DNA of 64,000 nucleotides from Botryllus schlosseri (lineage: Eukaryota), in contig CM119371.1 in assembly GCA_051294905.1 (NCBI GenBank), positions 3,474,001 to 3,538,000 of the forward strand, in the 5' to 3' direction. This document shows positions 41,701 through 53,094 of the stretch, piece after piece (the stretch's first letter is position 1; each line of letters begins with the position of its first letter). Below the pieces are notes generated by a model. That model made no database searches, was not told the DNA's origin, and saw only the letters and a list, made by a program, of their open reading frames with translations. A program made the position numbers and the translations under genes.

Positions 41701-43422
41701 CATTTTACACGACACTGGTTTAATTGCGTGCATCCGATTTTCACTATCGTAAAGCAGTATAGCACTCGCGAAATCGTTACACCTAACCTACATGTCGTAA
41801 GCTTCGAAATCTCAAATACGGATTTCAGGGTTCGTTACTTGATTAGAGGGACAGTGCATACATGGATCATCAGAAAAATTAAGCTACTACTCTCAGATTA
41901 TAGCTGTTAATACTTTTCGGAATTGAACTAGCATTAGAATTATGGCCATCAGGATATTTATCCAAATTATATGAGCCGTTTATGAAACTGGTTTCATACC
42001 CGTGGTTGTCAAACTGTGTCAATGCAGCAATGGCTTGCTCAATCATATAATGTTACAAAGATAGTTGTCAGAATAGTACAATTGAGCATATCCTCCGTCA
42101 CATTCATAATAGGTTGTCAGCCGCACTATTTCTTACTGTAAAGACATATGATAACCGACTATAGTATTGACTTATCTTCCGATTGATGATACGCCTTTAT
42201 TCGCTACTGTTCTTGCCAAATGCTGATACATATTGCCACAATGGAAAGTCTCAACTCAAGTAACGCTCTGCAAGACTAGTTTTTAGCGCAATCAGCGGTA
42301 TCGCAAAATGATAGTCAAGTGGTTCATCGGTCGCCTTTTCTATAGCTAGCTGACCGTTATTTATTTTCAATCTAGCAAACATTCCGTTCGCTAAAAAACT
42401 ATAGGAGAGCAATCTACGTTCTGCCCACATTACGTGCGATATGATACATAACGTAGACATCATCACCGAACTATACCACGTTTTGCGATTCTCTTCATTC
42501 AATATTTCTTGAAATCTAATCAATGAATCGGCAATTCAAAATGTTGACCAATATTTTCAAGTAACTGTATTACCAATTGCAGCTACAACTATATAAGCAC
42601 TTGGTCGCTAGCTATTACCCACATATAGACATCGTGATGTAAAATTTAACGCGTACTATAAATAGCCGACGGTGGATCATTGAATGGGTAAATTATGTAC
42701 GTAAGCGGGGAAGCATCGGAGACGGTATTGCCATGGATTACATTAGGTTCAGGGGCATCTATGCCAGTGTTTCTCAAACTTTTTCCGACCGCGTACCACT
42801 AATTAGTTTACCTTCACGGCGTAGGCGTACCACTGGATGCCAAATGACCTCTTAGTCAAATGTACCAGTAATATTAGTAATTGGCGTTCATAATAGATCG
42901 TAACACCAGTGAATAGTTAGAAAAGCGGATTTAATTTGCTAGATACAACTGTTTCCTCCAGACCAGATTGTCCAGGAGGCGTATAGCAATATTCATAACT
43001 CACAGGCTATTGTGTCAATTGTCCAGGCTCAGTTGGACGATCTCTTCCATTTAATGGCATGATAATGCATTGATATGGGGTGATTACTTCGTGAATGTAA
43101 TCGATTGCGACAAAGATTACTTCTGAATCACGGGATTACGATAACGTTTACGATTACAGCAAAATCAGGAAGTAGTCGAATACGATTACATTGGAAAAGT
43201 AATCATGATCACATTTATTTTGCTTCTCAGAACTTATCTTAGAAGATATATTGGAAGACAATATAAGAATTGCGATGAAAAGGCCTAATGAGATAATCAA
43301 TTTATTCGAATATGAGACTTCATTTGCTTGCTACTTCATAATGTGCCATTGCCCAACTATATAAAACTCCCCTATATGGCGGGGATTGCGTTAGAAGAGA
43401 ACTCAGTATTTCGCAAATCAAT

Positions 43423-43650
43423 GTTGTTGTTGTTGTTGTTGTTGTTTTTATTAACGCATATAATTGGCGCTTGCAACTCGTGGTTATTTGCGCCCACACA
43501 GAATCGCATAATGGCATGTCTTCATGAACTTCAGTCTTTTTTCGGCTCATTTGCTGCCTCCTTTCACAAGTTCGGCTCTCTCGTCGTCTAATGGGCTTTT
43601 CAATGCGCTGTATTACAGCGGGTTCGTCGACGAGGAGCCCAGATAAACCT
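43423..43650 (-). mobile_element. Probable decayed LINE 3' end with (AAC)n tail
   Basis: (GTT)n tract at ~43423-43446 adjoining a basic, RTE-C-terminus-like ORF remnant; boundaries approximate. Confidence 0.4.
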
Positions 43651-45760
43651 CCGACACATAGAAACATGGCAGAGCCGAGATTCGAATTATGGAGTATTTT
43701 GAAGAGATTTAATTACCTTGAAAAAAAAGTTTTTCAAACTTCGTGATTTAATGTCTGAAGATAGCATGATTTTGAAATAGATACCTCCCACCCCCTCAAG
43801 AAAAATATATGCGACTCCACGAAGTTTGCTACCAAAGAAACACCTTCACTGAAACTTTGGGTATGTGTCCATTGTCAATAGCCGCGATGGGTGGGTGTGA
43901 CGAATAGTGCGGTCCTTCCAATCTGAGTTCCACAATACAAATGACATCCGGGGCACCACAGAGAAAGGAACACATGAAAATTTGTGTGCACGTCTCGCGA
44001 ATTATTTTTTTAGTCTACTACGTTTGGGTGAATTAAATATCTTTTGATCATATAACAGACGGGAGGTCACATCCTATATACGAAAAAGTTAACTCGAGTC
44101 TGATTCCAGTCAGACTCGAGTCATCTCAACTCTGGTTTTGACTCGAGTCAAATCGAATCATTATCAATTCACCACCGAGACAAGTCCGAGTCCAAGTCAT
44201 CGAGCCGAGGGTCGAGTCCACAATTATACACTCAGCATTTTAAATCTCTCTAGTTGTGAAATTACAATTATATGTGCACGGTAGCCTACGTAATAGCATG
44301 TGTATTCCGACTTATGTTACGAATACGACATCCGTACGCAAAGTCATATAACTAGAATTTTGTCATTCGAACTTATCTAACTGCGTAATAATATAAATAA
44401 TATATTTGATTATATGATACGAACATTCCTCGAACTTCATTTGTAAATCAATCTGATTCGTTCACCTGATGATGAGTTAAGCGATTATTGAACAAATGAT
44501 GCGGCTACAACTTTTGAATCGTAAAATGAGCTCCGTACACATAATAAATGTTTAGCGTCGACTGATATATGGTTTGTTTGTTTCAGTTGACTGTGCAAGG
44601 TACGTTGGGGTGCATTGGTCGTAACGTTGCACATTGTACGCACTGTCAACGCATCGATTATCTTCATTTAATATTCCTTGGTTGCGGAATGCTATTCCGA
44701 GTCGGGTAACTTTCCGCGCAAGCTCGCAGTCCCTTACAAATTTCAAAGTTGACTTACCAGAGTAATTCTGGTTTGCATTACGTACCATCAACTTATCTTG
44801 CTTCCAGGAGAATACTGACAAAAAGAAACGTTCAACCAACATCTGTGTGCCAGAACGATGATAAGTCATTGATCTTTGTGATGATGTTGTATTAGCACGA
44901 CAGGTAATGCGAAATGCAATATAAAATTAGTTGCTGGCAATCTTGTGCATCATATTGCAAATGAGAAGCATATTGCACGTCTTCGAACGGTGATGCGTCC
45001 GGCTTGTTGATCGGTAGGTCGTGGGTTCGATCCCCGACCATGTCAGGCCAAAGACTCGAAAACTGGTATCTGTGGCTATCGTGCTAGGCGCTCAATAAAT
45101 ACGGATAGCATGGAGGAGAAAAACAGGGCTGTAGACTAGATGACCTAGCTATAAAGGAGGTTGCATCTCCGTCGCCAAAGCTTCTTGATGGTGCGGGCGA
45201 AAAAGAATACCATATATCTCTCTCTCTGAAACGTCACAAATAAATTGCCACGATAAGATTGATTGGATGAATTAATACCTGGGGTTCCCAAACTAGGGTC
45301 GCCACTCTAACGAGGTCGCTTTTCTATTCTTTGGTGTCGGATAGGCAAAATTAAATACCGATGGCTACTATTAGAATGTCAACTAAGAGGATGCTATCGA
45401 CGGCTCATTTCTGAATATTTTAGTTCATTTTTAAAATGGAAGAAAAAAAACGACCTACGTGATATGCGATCGGGAGTACCAAGTGGTGAAAGGATGGTAC
45501 ATACACAGGGCATGTGCGAACGGCGCAGTCGGCTAGGTCAGTCGTATATCGTTATCTGTATTTCGCGTGACGCGAATTATCACATAAAATACTTGATTAA
45601 TTCGATTGGATATAAATAGAAAACGTCCTGATAGTCCTAAATAGGTTGCTATAGTATTGATTGAGTTTCTTAAGCTCAAGTATGGAGGTGAACGAGTTCA
45701 TAACTGCAGGCTTGGTGTTGCTGCGCACATACTCGCCAGCTCTAAAACATAAGTCGCGAG

Positions 45761-46286
45761 TACGGCTGGGCAAAATCGAGTACCAGGGTGATTCGATTCT
45801 GAATCACGTATCCTGCTTCGAGTCGAGTAGAGTAATCGAGTATAACACATTATGACATTATAACTGTATAAAGTATTTCACAGTACAAATATGTAGCTTT
45901 TATGCCACCGCGCACAAAGAATGTAATGTCCGTTATCCATCAAATTAAAGATAGCTAGGTATTTTTTCGACCACACTGATTTCATTTCACTGGGTGGCAA
46001 TGTTGTGGAATGATCATGACTTCAGAAATGCGTTATTCCCAGCAACGTTTGTAGCTTTGTACTATGTATTGTATGCTACGGTACGACCAGTCAAGGTTTC
46101 AAGGCTTACTATCTGAAAATTAGTATCGAAACTATAATTCTTGTCGATAAATTAACTTTCAGCGGCGAGGAGCGTATAATTTCAGTACGCGAAAAAATCG
46201 TATTTTACTACTCGACTCGAATCATTAAAATTACTACTCGATTCAGATTCGACATTCGAGTACTCGAATCATTATGCCCAGCCCTA
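45761..46286. mobile_element. hAT MITE (TA(C/G)GGCTGGGCA TIR, TCGAGTA repeats)
   Basis: 8-bp TSD GTCGCGAG; empty site near 32582. Confidence 0.9.
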
Positions 46287-48279
46287 GTCGCGAGTAGGTT
46301 TGGTCGAAGGTGCTGACCATTTTCAATAATCAGCACGCCAAATTGAGAGGTTTGATCGCGGAGCATTTTGAAATCGAAATTTTGGGTCGCTACCAAAATA
46401 ACTGATCATACGTGAACTTGTGTAGGCTATACACACTGAGCAGTGTGAACAATGGGTCAACTTCACGTACTCGCCATTCGCATGGTCCTCGTTTGTTTTT
46501 CTCCTTTGTAAACTTATAGTTTCCCTCACACATTCGATGATTACTTCATCAACGTATTCAATTGCGATTACGATTACACCAAAATCTCCTTTACGATTAT
46601 ATTGTTAAAGAGACAGTGAATTCTCGATATGACGCGGTCTCTTATTGAAGATAAAATCGGTAAAAACTTCTTGGTGGCAACCATTTTCTTCAGAAAGCTT
46701 CCGTAATGGAGCTGCAGCTAAACGAAAATTCCAACAACCCCGATTACTTGCCAGTTGAATTACAGTAGTATTGTCTATAATTGTGGCGCGACTTCGAGTC
46801 TCTGTTGTTTAACCAGTTGCGAACTTGCTGGTACGATATCTTCACTTGCACTTTCTCGACGCGATCTCCATTGCGATTTCTCGCCAGCATGAATAATTTT
46901 ATTATGGCTATCCGACAGTTCACGCTAACATGGTGTTGGCTATCGCGGCAGATTCGAATGTTGAGTAAACAATTGCGCAATATTGATTGCTAGGCTACCC
47001 AAATGAAGCATTACAATATAAAATAATGTGAGCCTAAAATTATCTCTTAAAGAATGATTGTATTCGCAGATAAACATATTGATACCTACTGTATGTATAC
47101 CACTTATTCCAGATATTGTGAGTTGCCGATTCACAGAGCAGCTTGGCTATGATTCATATCCGTATCAAACCATGAGTGCATGATGTCCATATGCCGCTGG
47201 ACATTAGGGCTCTTCAAAAATGACTTTTTTTCTCAAATCGTTCTGGCTACTTGATAAAATTGTTAGGATACCTAATTTAAGCCTACACACAAACTTTGGT
47301 TCAATTCCAGCCAGTAACCGCTTTGCTACAGGAGAAGAAAGTTTCTGTTTATCATCTAAAAATAAATAATAAAAAATTTGAAAATTTTCTGTTCACCCCA
47401 TGAGCGTGTTAGGCTGTCTATAGAAACGATGCTCACCAAATTTGGTTCAATTCCAACCAGTGGAAGCGGAGTTATTGCCGTCGAAAAATTTGGAATTTGA
47501 ATAAAATAGTCTTTACGGTGACCGATTCTTTGTTTATCTATTATTGTTGTGCTCACCGTAAATACTATTTGATTCAAATCCAAATTTTTCGACGGCAATA
47601 ACTCCGCTTCCACTGGTTGTAATTGAACCAAATTTGGTGAGCATCGTTACGAGAGAGAGTATTTGGTTGTATTCAGATTCGTGTCTTGCCTTTGCTAGCC
47701 ACCGTAAACAGTATTTAACTTAGCTACTATAAACCTACGCACTAGGCAATTATCTCTTTTTTGTTAGTGACTGCTTGCTGAGCCGTATCTTCGCCGGTGA
47801 AGCAGCAGTCACTAAGCCTAGGATAAGTAGCAGCTTCCTCCGTTCTCCTCTATTTCTCACTGCCTCTCTTTCTCACTGGATTTCGAGTCTTCTGCCTCTC
47901 CAGCGTGTCTTTACCGGCCTTCATCTTCTCGACTTGCAGAAACCTCTTTCAGACGGAGACTTTAGTTTTCACTCCCAGCCTCTCACAAATCTCGCCAGAC
48001 AACTTTCTAGACAGCCTCTTGATACAAAGTATCGCATCTCCAAACGTCACTTTTAGGCGAGATTGCAACTGTGTTACCAGACCTACAACGGCTTCCAAAC
48101 AGCAATAGAAGCGCTGTAAACCAACCACTATAGACAGCTTTGGGATATTACAGTGTTGTCTTTCGAAACGCGTCTTTTGACCGCCTCTGAGCTGTCCTTC
48201 GGAGTACATCTGCGCTCAAATCAAAAACCCGCGGGCATAGACACATTCAAATAACGCCGTGAAACAACACGGAACTACA

Positions 48280-49593
48280 ATGGCCTATGCACAGGCCATT
48301 GCAAACACGTCTGCATCAACAAATGTACCAACACAGCAAATTAACGCACGACCGGAACGAATAACCTATGGCTTGCGACCTAGATCGCTTGACATCATTG
48401 TACCTAACAACACGAAGAAAACTGATGTTATCGACGCAATCATTACACACCCAGAGCTGAAGCTGTACAAAGAATACATCTTCTCGATCTACCAGATAGG
48501 CTGGAATACATATAACTTAACATTCTATAATGGCTCGCCTATCGACATAATCAGAGAAACATTCTTGAAAATCGCAGAAGGAGGAATCCCGCTTGAAAAT
48601 GGAAGAATGTACATTGACAAACCAAGAATGCCTGTAGCCAGGATTAACATAAGAGCAGTACCGACGGAGGTAGAGCAAGATGAAGTAATCCAAAAGATTA
48701 GACAATACAATTGCGGTACAATAAAAGAAGTTAGAATGATCAATCATGCTGGAACTACCATCCACAATGGCTACAGACAAATAGACATCGAAAACTACGT
48801 ACCGCGACAAATTCCACCCTTTGTCTATCTGGGGAAAGCTCCATGCAAGGTCTTCTTCCCGCCGGGAGAAGACCAAGCCCAATGCTTTAAATGCCTGAAA
48901 GAAGGGCACGCAGCTAGAAACTGCCCCAACCAAACGGCTTGCTACATCTGCAAGCAATATGGACACGTTAGAGACCAGTGTCCTCAAAATAACCAAACGG
49001 AGGTAAAATATAGCACAGTAGAAACTCAACCAGAGGAAAATGAAGTGAGATCGGAAGAATTGACCATCACCCCAGAAAGTATCAATCAATTGTCTCCAGA
49101 GGAACAACAACAGCAACTTGGAAGCGAAACAAAACAGATTCCGAATCAAACGCCTCAGATAAATCAGGGAGAGAAAATAACCGACGAGAACAAGCAAATA
49201 GAAGAACAAACAGAAGAGGAACAGCTCACACAAGAAGAACAAGAAGAAGCAAATGCAGAAATGAGAGGAACAAACGAACACAAAAAAATCAACACAGGAA
49301 TGAACGATTCCGACCCAAACACAATCTCAGAAAGTGAGGCAGAACAAACTGATGTTGAAGAAGACCTCTTCGTAATGGAGAAAGACTCGCCAGCTAAAAC
49401 GCCCGGGAAACCAGTAGCCCAAAATACCGGGAGATTACGGAGGATATTTGAACCCTCCTCCATTATAACAGCCAAGGAACTGGTCCACCTAACGTGCTCG
49501 CCCATCAAAAGAAGCCGTGATGAGAGAAGCCCACCAAGTATTAACACACAAAATAAGAATAGGAGAAAACTTCTTTCACCGAAAAAAAGCTGA
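48280..49593 (+). CDS. LINE ORF1 (gag-like, two CCHC zinc knuckles)
   Basis: First ATG at 48280 in ORF 48259..49593; knuckles CFKCLKEGHAARNC and CYICKQYGHVRDQC; acidic low-complexity C-terminus. Confidence 0.92.
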   Translation: MAYAQAIANTSASTNVPTQQINARPERITYGLRPRSLDIIVPNNTKKTDVIDAIITHPELKLYKEYIFSIYQIGWNTYNLTFYNGSPIDIIRETFLKIAEGGIPLENGRMYIDKPRMPVARINIRAVPTEVEQDEVIQKIRQYNCGTIKEVRMINHAGTTIHNGYRQIDIENYVPRQIPPFVYLGKAPCKVFFPPGEDQAQCFKCLKEGHAARNCPNQTACYICKQYGHVRDQCPQNNQTEVKYSTVETQPEENEVRSEELTITPESINQLSPEEQQQQLGSETKQIPNQTPQINQGEKITDENKQIEEQTEEEQLTQEEQEEANAEMRGTNEHKKINTGMNDSDPNTISESEAEQTDVEEDLFVMEKDSPAKTPGKPVAQNTGRLRRIFEPSSIITAKELVHLTCSPIKRSRDERSPPSINTQNKNRRKLLSPKKS

Positions 49594-49641
49594 AGTTATA
49601 GCACGTAACGGACGATCCATCATCCCACTTTACCCGACCAA

Positions 49642-52600
49642 ATGGATCTGAAAATACTTTCCCTTAACGTAAACGGCCTACAAGCCCATTGGCATAATTT
49701 CAAGAACTTTCTTAGACTAGAAAAAGACTGGGATATAATCTGCATCCAGGAAACACATAGGACTAATAAAAAAAAGATCGACAGATGGGCCCACCAAAAC
49801 CAGTTAAAATACTACGCAAACCATATAGACATAAACACAATCTGGACAGACCAGGAAAGCAACAAAAAATTATACTTTAGAGGCACAGGAGTGCTTGTAA
49901 AAAATAGTGTCGAACAACGACACACCATAGAAAACAGAATTATCAAAGATGACAGACTGCAACAGATAATAATCAAGGACAAAGAAACAGAACAAGCCAT
50001 AAAAGTATGGAATGTATACGGTCCTTCAGATATAGGAAAGGTCCAAACGGATTTTTTTAAGCTCCTTGCGACAGAAGTAGCTATAGACCCAAACAACACC
50101 GTCGTATGTGGAGATTTTAACATCGTAGAATACCCAATAGACGCCAAATACAACGAAAATTTTAAAATTACACCAGCTGCAAAAGTTTGGAAAGACCTCA
50201 CCGGAATACACAAAATCCGAGACGTCTGGCGCTGGCGTAATCCACACAGAAGATTATACAGCGTAATCAAGACGAGACAGTCTAGACGGGTAGACAAAAT
50301 ATACGCGTCTGAAGACCTTCTATCAAGAGTCCAAACCTGCACGTATAAAATGAACCCAATATCCGATCACGTCTTCCTAACCACGATCACACTGAAGAAG
50401 CCAGAGCATATAAGATGGGGATACGGATACTGGAGAAGCGACTCCAGACTCTTCATAGAAGCAGAACTAACAACGGAGCTCAAAAAAATGCACAAGAGAT
50501 GCACCGAGCAAAAACACCTCTTCGATGACGTGTACCATTACTGGGACTTCCTTAAAAACCAAATGAAGGTCCAAATAAAGAGATACGGCTACAAGAAAAA
50601 AGCAGCCGAAGGACAAAGAATTGAGTCGCTACAAAAACAAATCGTAGAACTCCAGAATAAAGATGATACAAAAGGAGACGTATACGAGCTAGCTAAAGAG
50701 CTCAAAAGCATTGAGCAAGAAAAATTCACACGCCAATGTAAACTCCACAAAATCAGAGACATAGAAGAGAACGAAAAGCCAACTAGGTACTTCTATCAGA
50801 AGCTAAAACAGAGGAAAGAGAAGGTTGCGCTAACCAGTGTGGTAGCACCTTCTGGAACAGCAACCAAGAACAAAGCTGAAACGTTAGAAGCAGTCGAAAA
50901 TTTCTACACTAAACTGTGGGCCAAATCACACCAGGCACAGACTCATGTCCAGAAAGACTACCTGAAAGAAGTAGAAGGACTAGAAATCACAGAGGAAGAA
51001 AAAAAACAGCTAGAATGTCAGGTAGACGAAAACGAGATTAAAAATATCCTCAACCAAATGGACAATGACAAGTCGCCAGGGTCTGACGGACTATCTAAGG
51101 AATTCTACCTGCAATACTGGAATATGATAAAACATGATTTATGTGAGGTAATAAACAATGCCTACCTTTTCGGTGGATTATGTAGCACCTGGAAAACGGG
51201 AATAACGACGATAATTTACAAAAAAGGTCAACCCACAGAATTAAAAAATTGGCGACCTATTACTTTACTAAACACAGACTACAAAATACTCACCGGACTG
51301 ATTGCTAATAGACTAAAACCAATACTACCCAACCTCATTCTTGAAACACAAAAATGTGCAATAAAAGATCGTCAAATCACGGATATTTTACGAAACACGC
51401 AAGCTGCAACAGAATACGCGAAAGAGAAAAAGAAGGAACTCCTGATAGTCAACTTAGATCAGGAAAAAGCTTTTGACCTGCTAAATCATGAATACCTTTT
51501 CAAAATTCTTGAAAGTTATCATATGCCGGAAACATTAATGCGGCTGATTAAACACATCTATAACACCGCATCGAGTAGAATTCTGGTAAATGGCGCAATG
51601 ACACACCCCATAAAACTGGGTAGAGGGATACGGCAGGGGTGTCCTCTGAGCATGGCGCTCTACGCCATTAGTTGTGACCCCCTAGCCAGGAAGATAACGA
51701 ATAACGAAAAAATCCAACCCTTCAGAATCGGAAAAGCCACCATAAAAATCCAACAATATGCCGATGACATAACTTGCTTCCTTACCAACGAAAAAGACAT
51801 TGGCCGCATATTCCAGGAATTCAACAAATTCGAAAGAGCAACCGGGCAGAAACTAAATGCGGAAAAAACCGAAATCTTGCATATCAACCAGAATAAGTAT
51901 TCGAGCCGAAACCCGATTTACGATAATAAGAAAAAAAGAAGCATAAAAATATTAGGTCAACACTACGGAAAAAATCAGATTGAAGAAACCTGGAGCGAGA
52001 AAATTGCGAAAATCAAACGAACACTATATGGCTACCGTGATAGAAAACTGACATGGGTAGGAAAGCTTACGATCCTGAACTCCCTGGCATCAAGCCAGAT
52101 CATATATAATGCGAGGGTAATAACAGCACCCAGAGAAATAAAAAAAGAGCTAGAAAAGCTATATTACAACTTCTTATGGCACCCCCAAAAGATGGAAGCA
52201 ATAGCCAGACGAACGCTTATTGCAGAAAAAAAGAAAGGGGGGGTCGCAATGCCGGACGTGGAATCAAAGTTCAAAGCGTGTGAACTTGAAAAAATTGTCG
52301 CGCTGAAAAAATTGGATCAACCGAAGGAGATATGGCATCAATATGCCATATACGAAATCGGCACAAAATTGAAACAAATTAACCCCGTGCTCTATAATAA
52401 CTCTGAGCCGCATAAATTCCCGACACCCAAAAACTGGGTGGAAAACCTGGAATTAACAAAAAAAATGAAACTCACAAACGATGAATGGGAAAACGCATCT
52501 CACAAAACGCTATACAAAGAAGTCAAGAAACTGAAAGAAAACAATCCAAATATTAGAACAAAAAACGGAGACAAAATCAACTGGAATAAAATTTGGCAAT

Positions 52601-53094
52601 CGAAACATATGGGACATAAAGTAATAACCAACGAGGAAATAATTATAAACTACAAAGTAGTCCACGAAGGATTCATATTTGGGGCAAAACGGAAAAGCAG
52701 AAACCTGACCCATGACAAAGATAATAAACCACTCAATCTTAATTGCAAATTTTGCAATAACGAAAAAGATGACATAAGACACATACTAACAGAATGTAAA
52801 TATACAAACGAAATTAAACTCCATGTTGAAAGAGCGCTCGGAATAACAATAAACGAAAATAACATACTCTACAACCATAAAACGGCGAAATTAATGTGGA
52901 TAATACTATCCATATTAAAGAAGGTTGTGATAAAATTCAAAATCGCTCTAGATATTGATAATAGAAAAGCAGGAGAGGAAAAACTTGGAAGAAAGATCCT
53001 GGAAAAATTCATTACCAGAATGAAAAGAGTACCAGAAAATGAAAACATCAGCGAAATTATCGCAAAAACTGACGGATACCTACAAATTCTGTAG
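49642..53094 (+). CDS. LINE ORF2 (APE endonuclease, reverse transcriptase, C-terminal Cys/His motif)
   Basis: 1150 aa. APE motifs SLNVNG, IQETH, NVYGP, GDFN, SDH; RT motifs KSPGSDG, WRPITLLNTDYK, GIRQGCPLS, YADD; C-terminal CKFC...HILTEC. Confidence 0.97.
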   Translation: MDLKILSLNVNGLQAHWHNFKNFLRLEKDWDIICIQETHRTNKKKIDRWAHQNQLKYYANHIDINTIWTDQESNKKLYFRGTGVLVKNSVEQRHTIENRIIKDDRLQQIIIKDKETEQAIKVWNVYGPSDIGKVQTDFFKLLATEVAIDPNNTVVCGDFNIVEYPIDAKYNENFKITPAAKVWKDLTGIHKIRDVWRWRNPHRRLYSVIKTRQSRRVDKIYASEDLLSRVQTCTYKMNPISDHVFLTTITLKKPEHIRWGYGYWRSDSRLFIEAELTTELKKMHKRCTEQKHLFDDVYHYWDFLKNQMKVQIKRYGYKKKAAEGQRIESLQKQIVELQNKDDTKGDVYELAKELKSIEQEKFTRQCKLHKIRDIEENEKPTRYFYQKLKQRKEKVALTSVVAPSGTATKNKAETLEAVENFYTKLWAKSHQAQTHVQKDYLKEVEGLEITEEEKKQLECQVDENEIKNILNQMDNDKSPGSDGLSKEFYLQYWNMIKHDLCEVINNAYLFGGLCSTWKTGITTIIYKKGQPTELKNWRPITLLNTDYKILTGLIANRLKPILPNLILETQKCAIKDRQITDILRNTQAATEYAKEKKKELLIVNLDQEKAFDLLNHEYLFKILESYHMPETLMRLIKHIYNTASSRILVNGAMTHPIKLGRGIRQGCPLSMALYAISCDPLARKITNNEKIQPFRIGKATIKIQQYADDITCFLTNEKDIGRIFQEFNKFERATGQKLNAEKTEILHINQNKYSSRNPIYDNKKKRSIKILGQHYGKNQIEETWSEKIAKIKRTLYGYRDRKLTWVGKLTILNSLASSQIIYNARVITAPREIKKELEKLYYNFLWHPQKMEAIARRTLIAEKKKGGVAMPDVESKFKACELEKIVALKKLDQPKEIWHQYAIYEIGTKLKQINPVLYNNSEPHKFPTPKNWVENLELTKKMKLTNDEWENASHKTLYKEVKKLKENNPNIRTKNGDKINWNKIWQSKHMGHKVITNEEIIINYKVVHEGFIFGAKRKSRNLTHDKDNKPLNLNCKFCNNEKDDIRHILTECKYTNEIKLHVERALGITINENNILYNHKTAKLMWIILSILKKVVIKFKIALDIDNRKAGEEKLGRKILEKFITRMKRVPENENISEIIAKTDGYLQIL

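Noticed and set aside
48517..50342. Long minus-strand ORFs (254, 127 and 176 aa) within the LINE
   Set aside because: Antisense shadows of the A-rich ORF1/ORF2; F/L/S-rich with no motifs.
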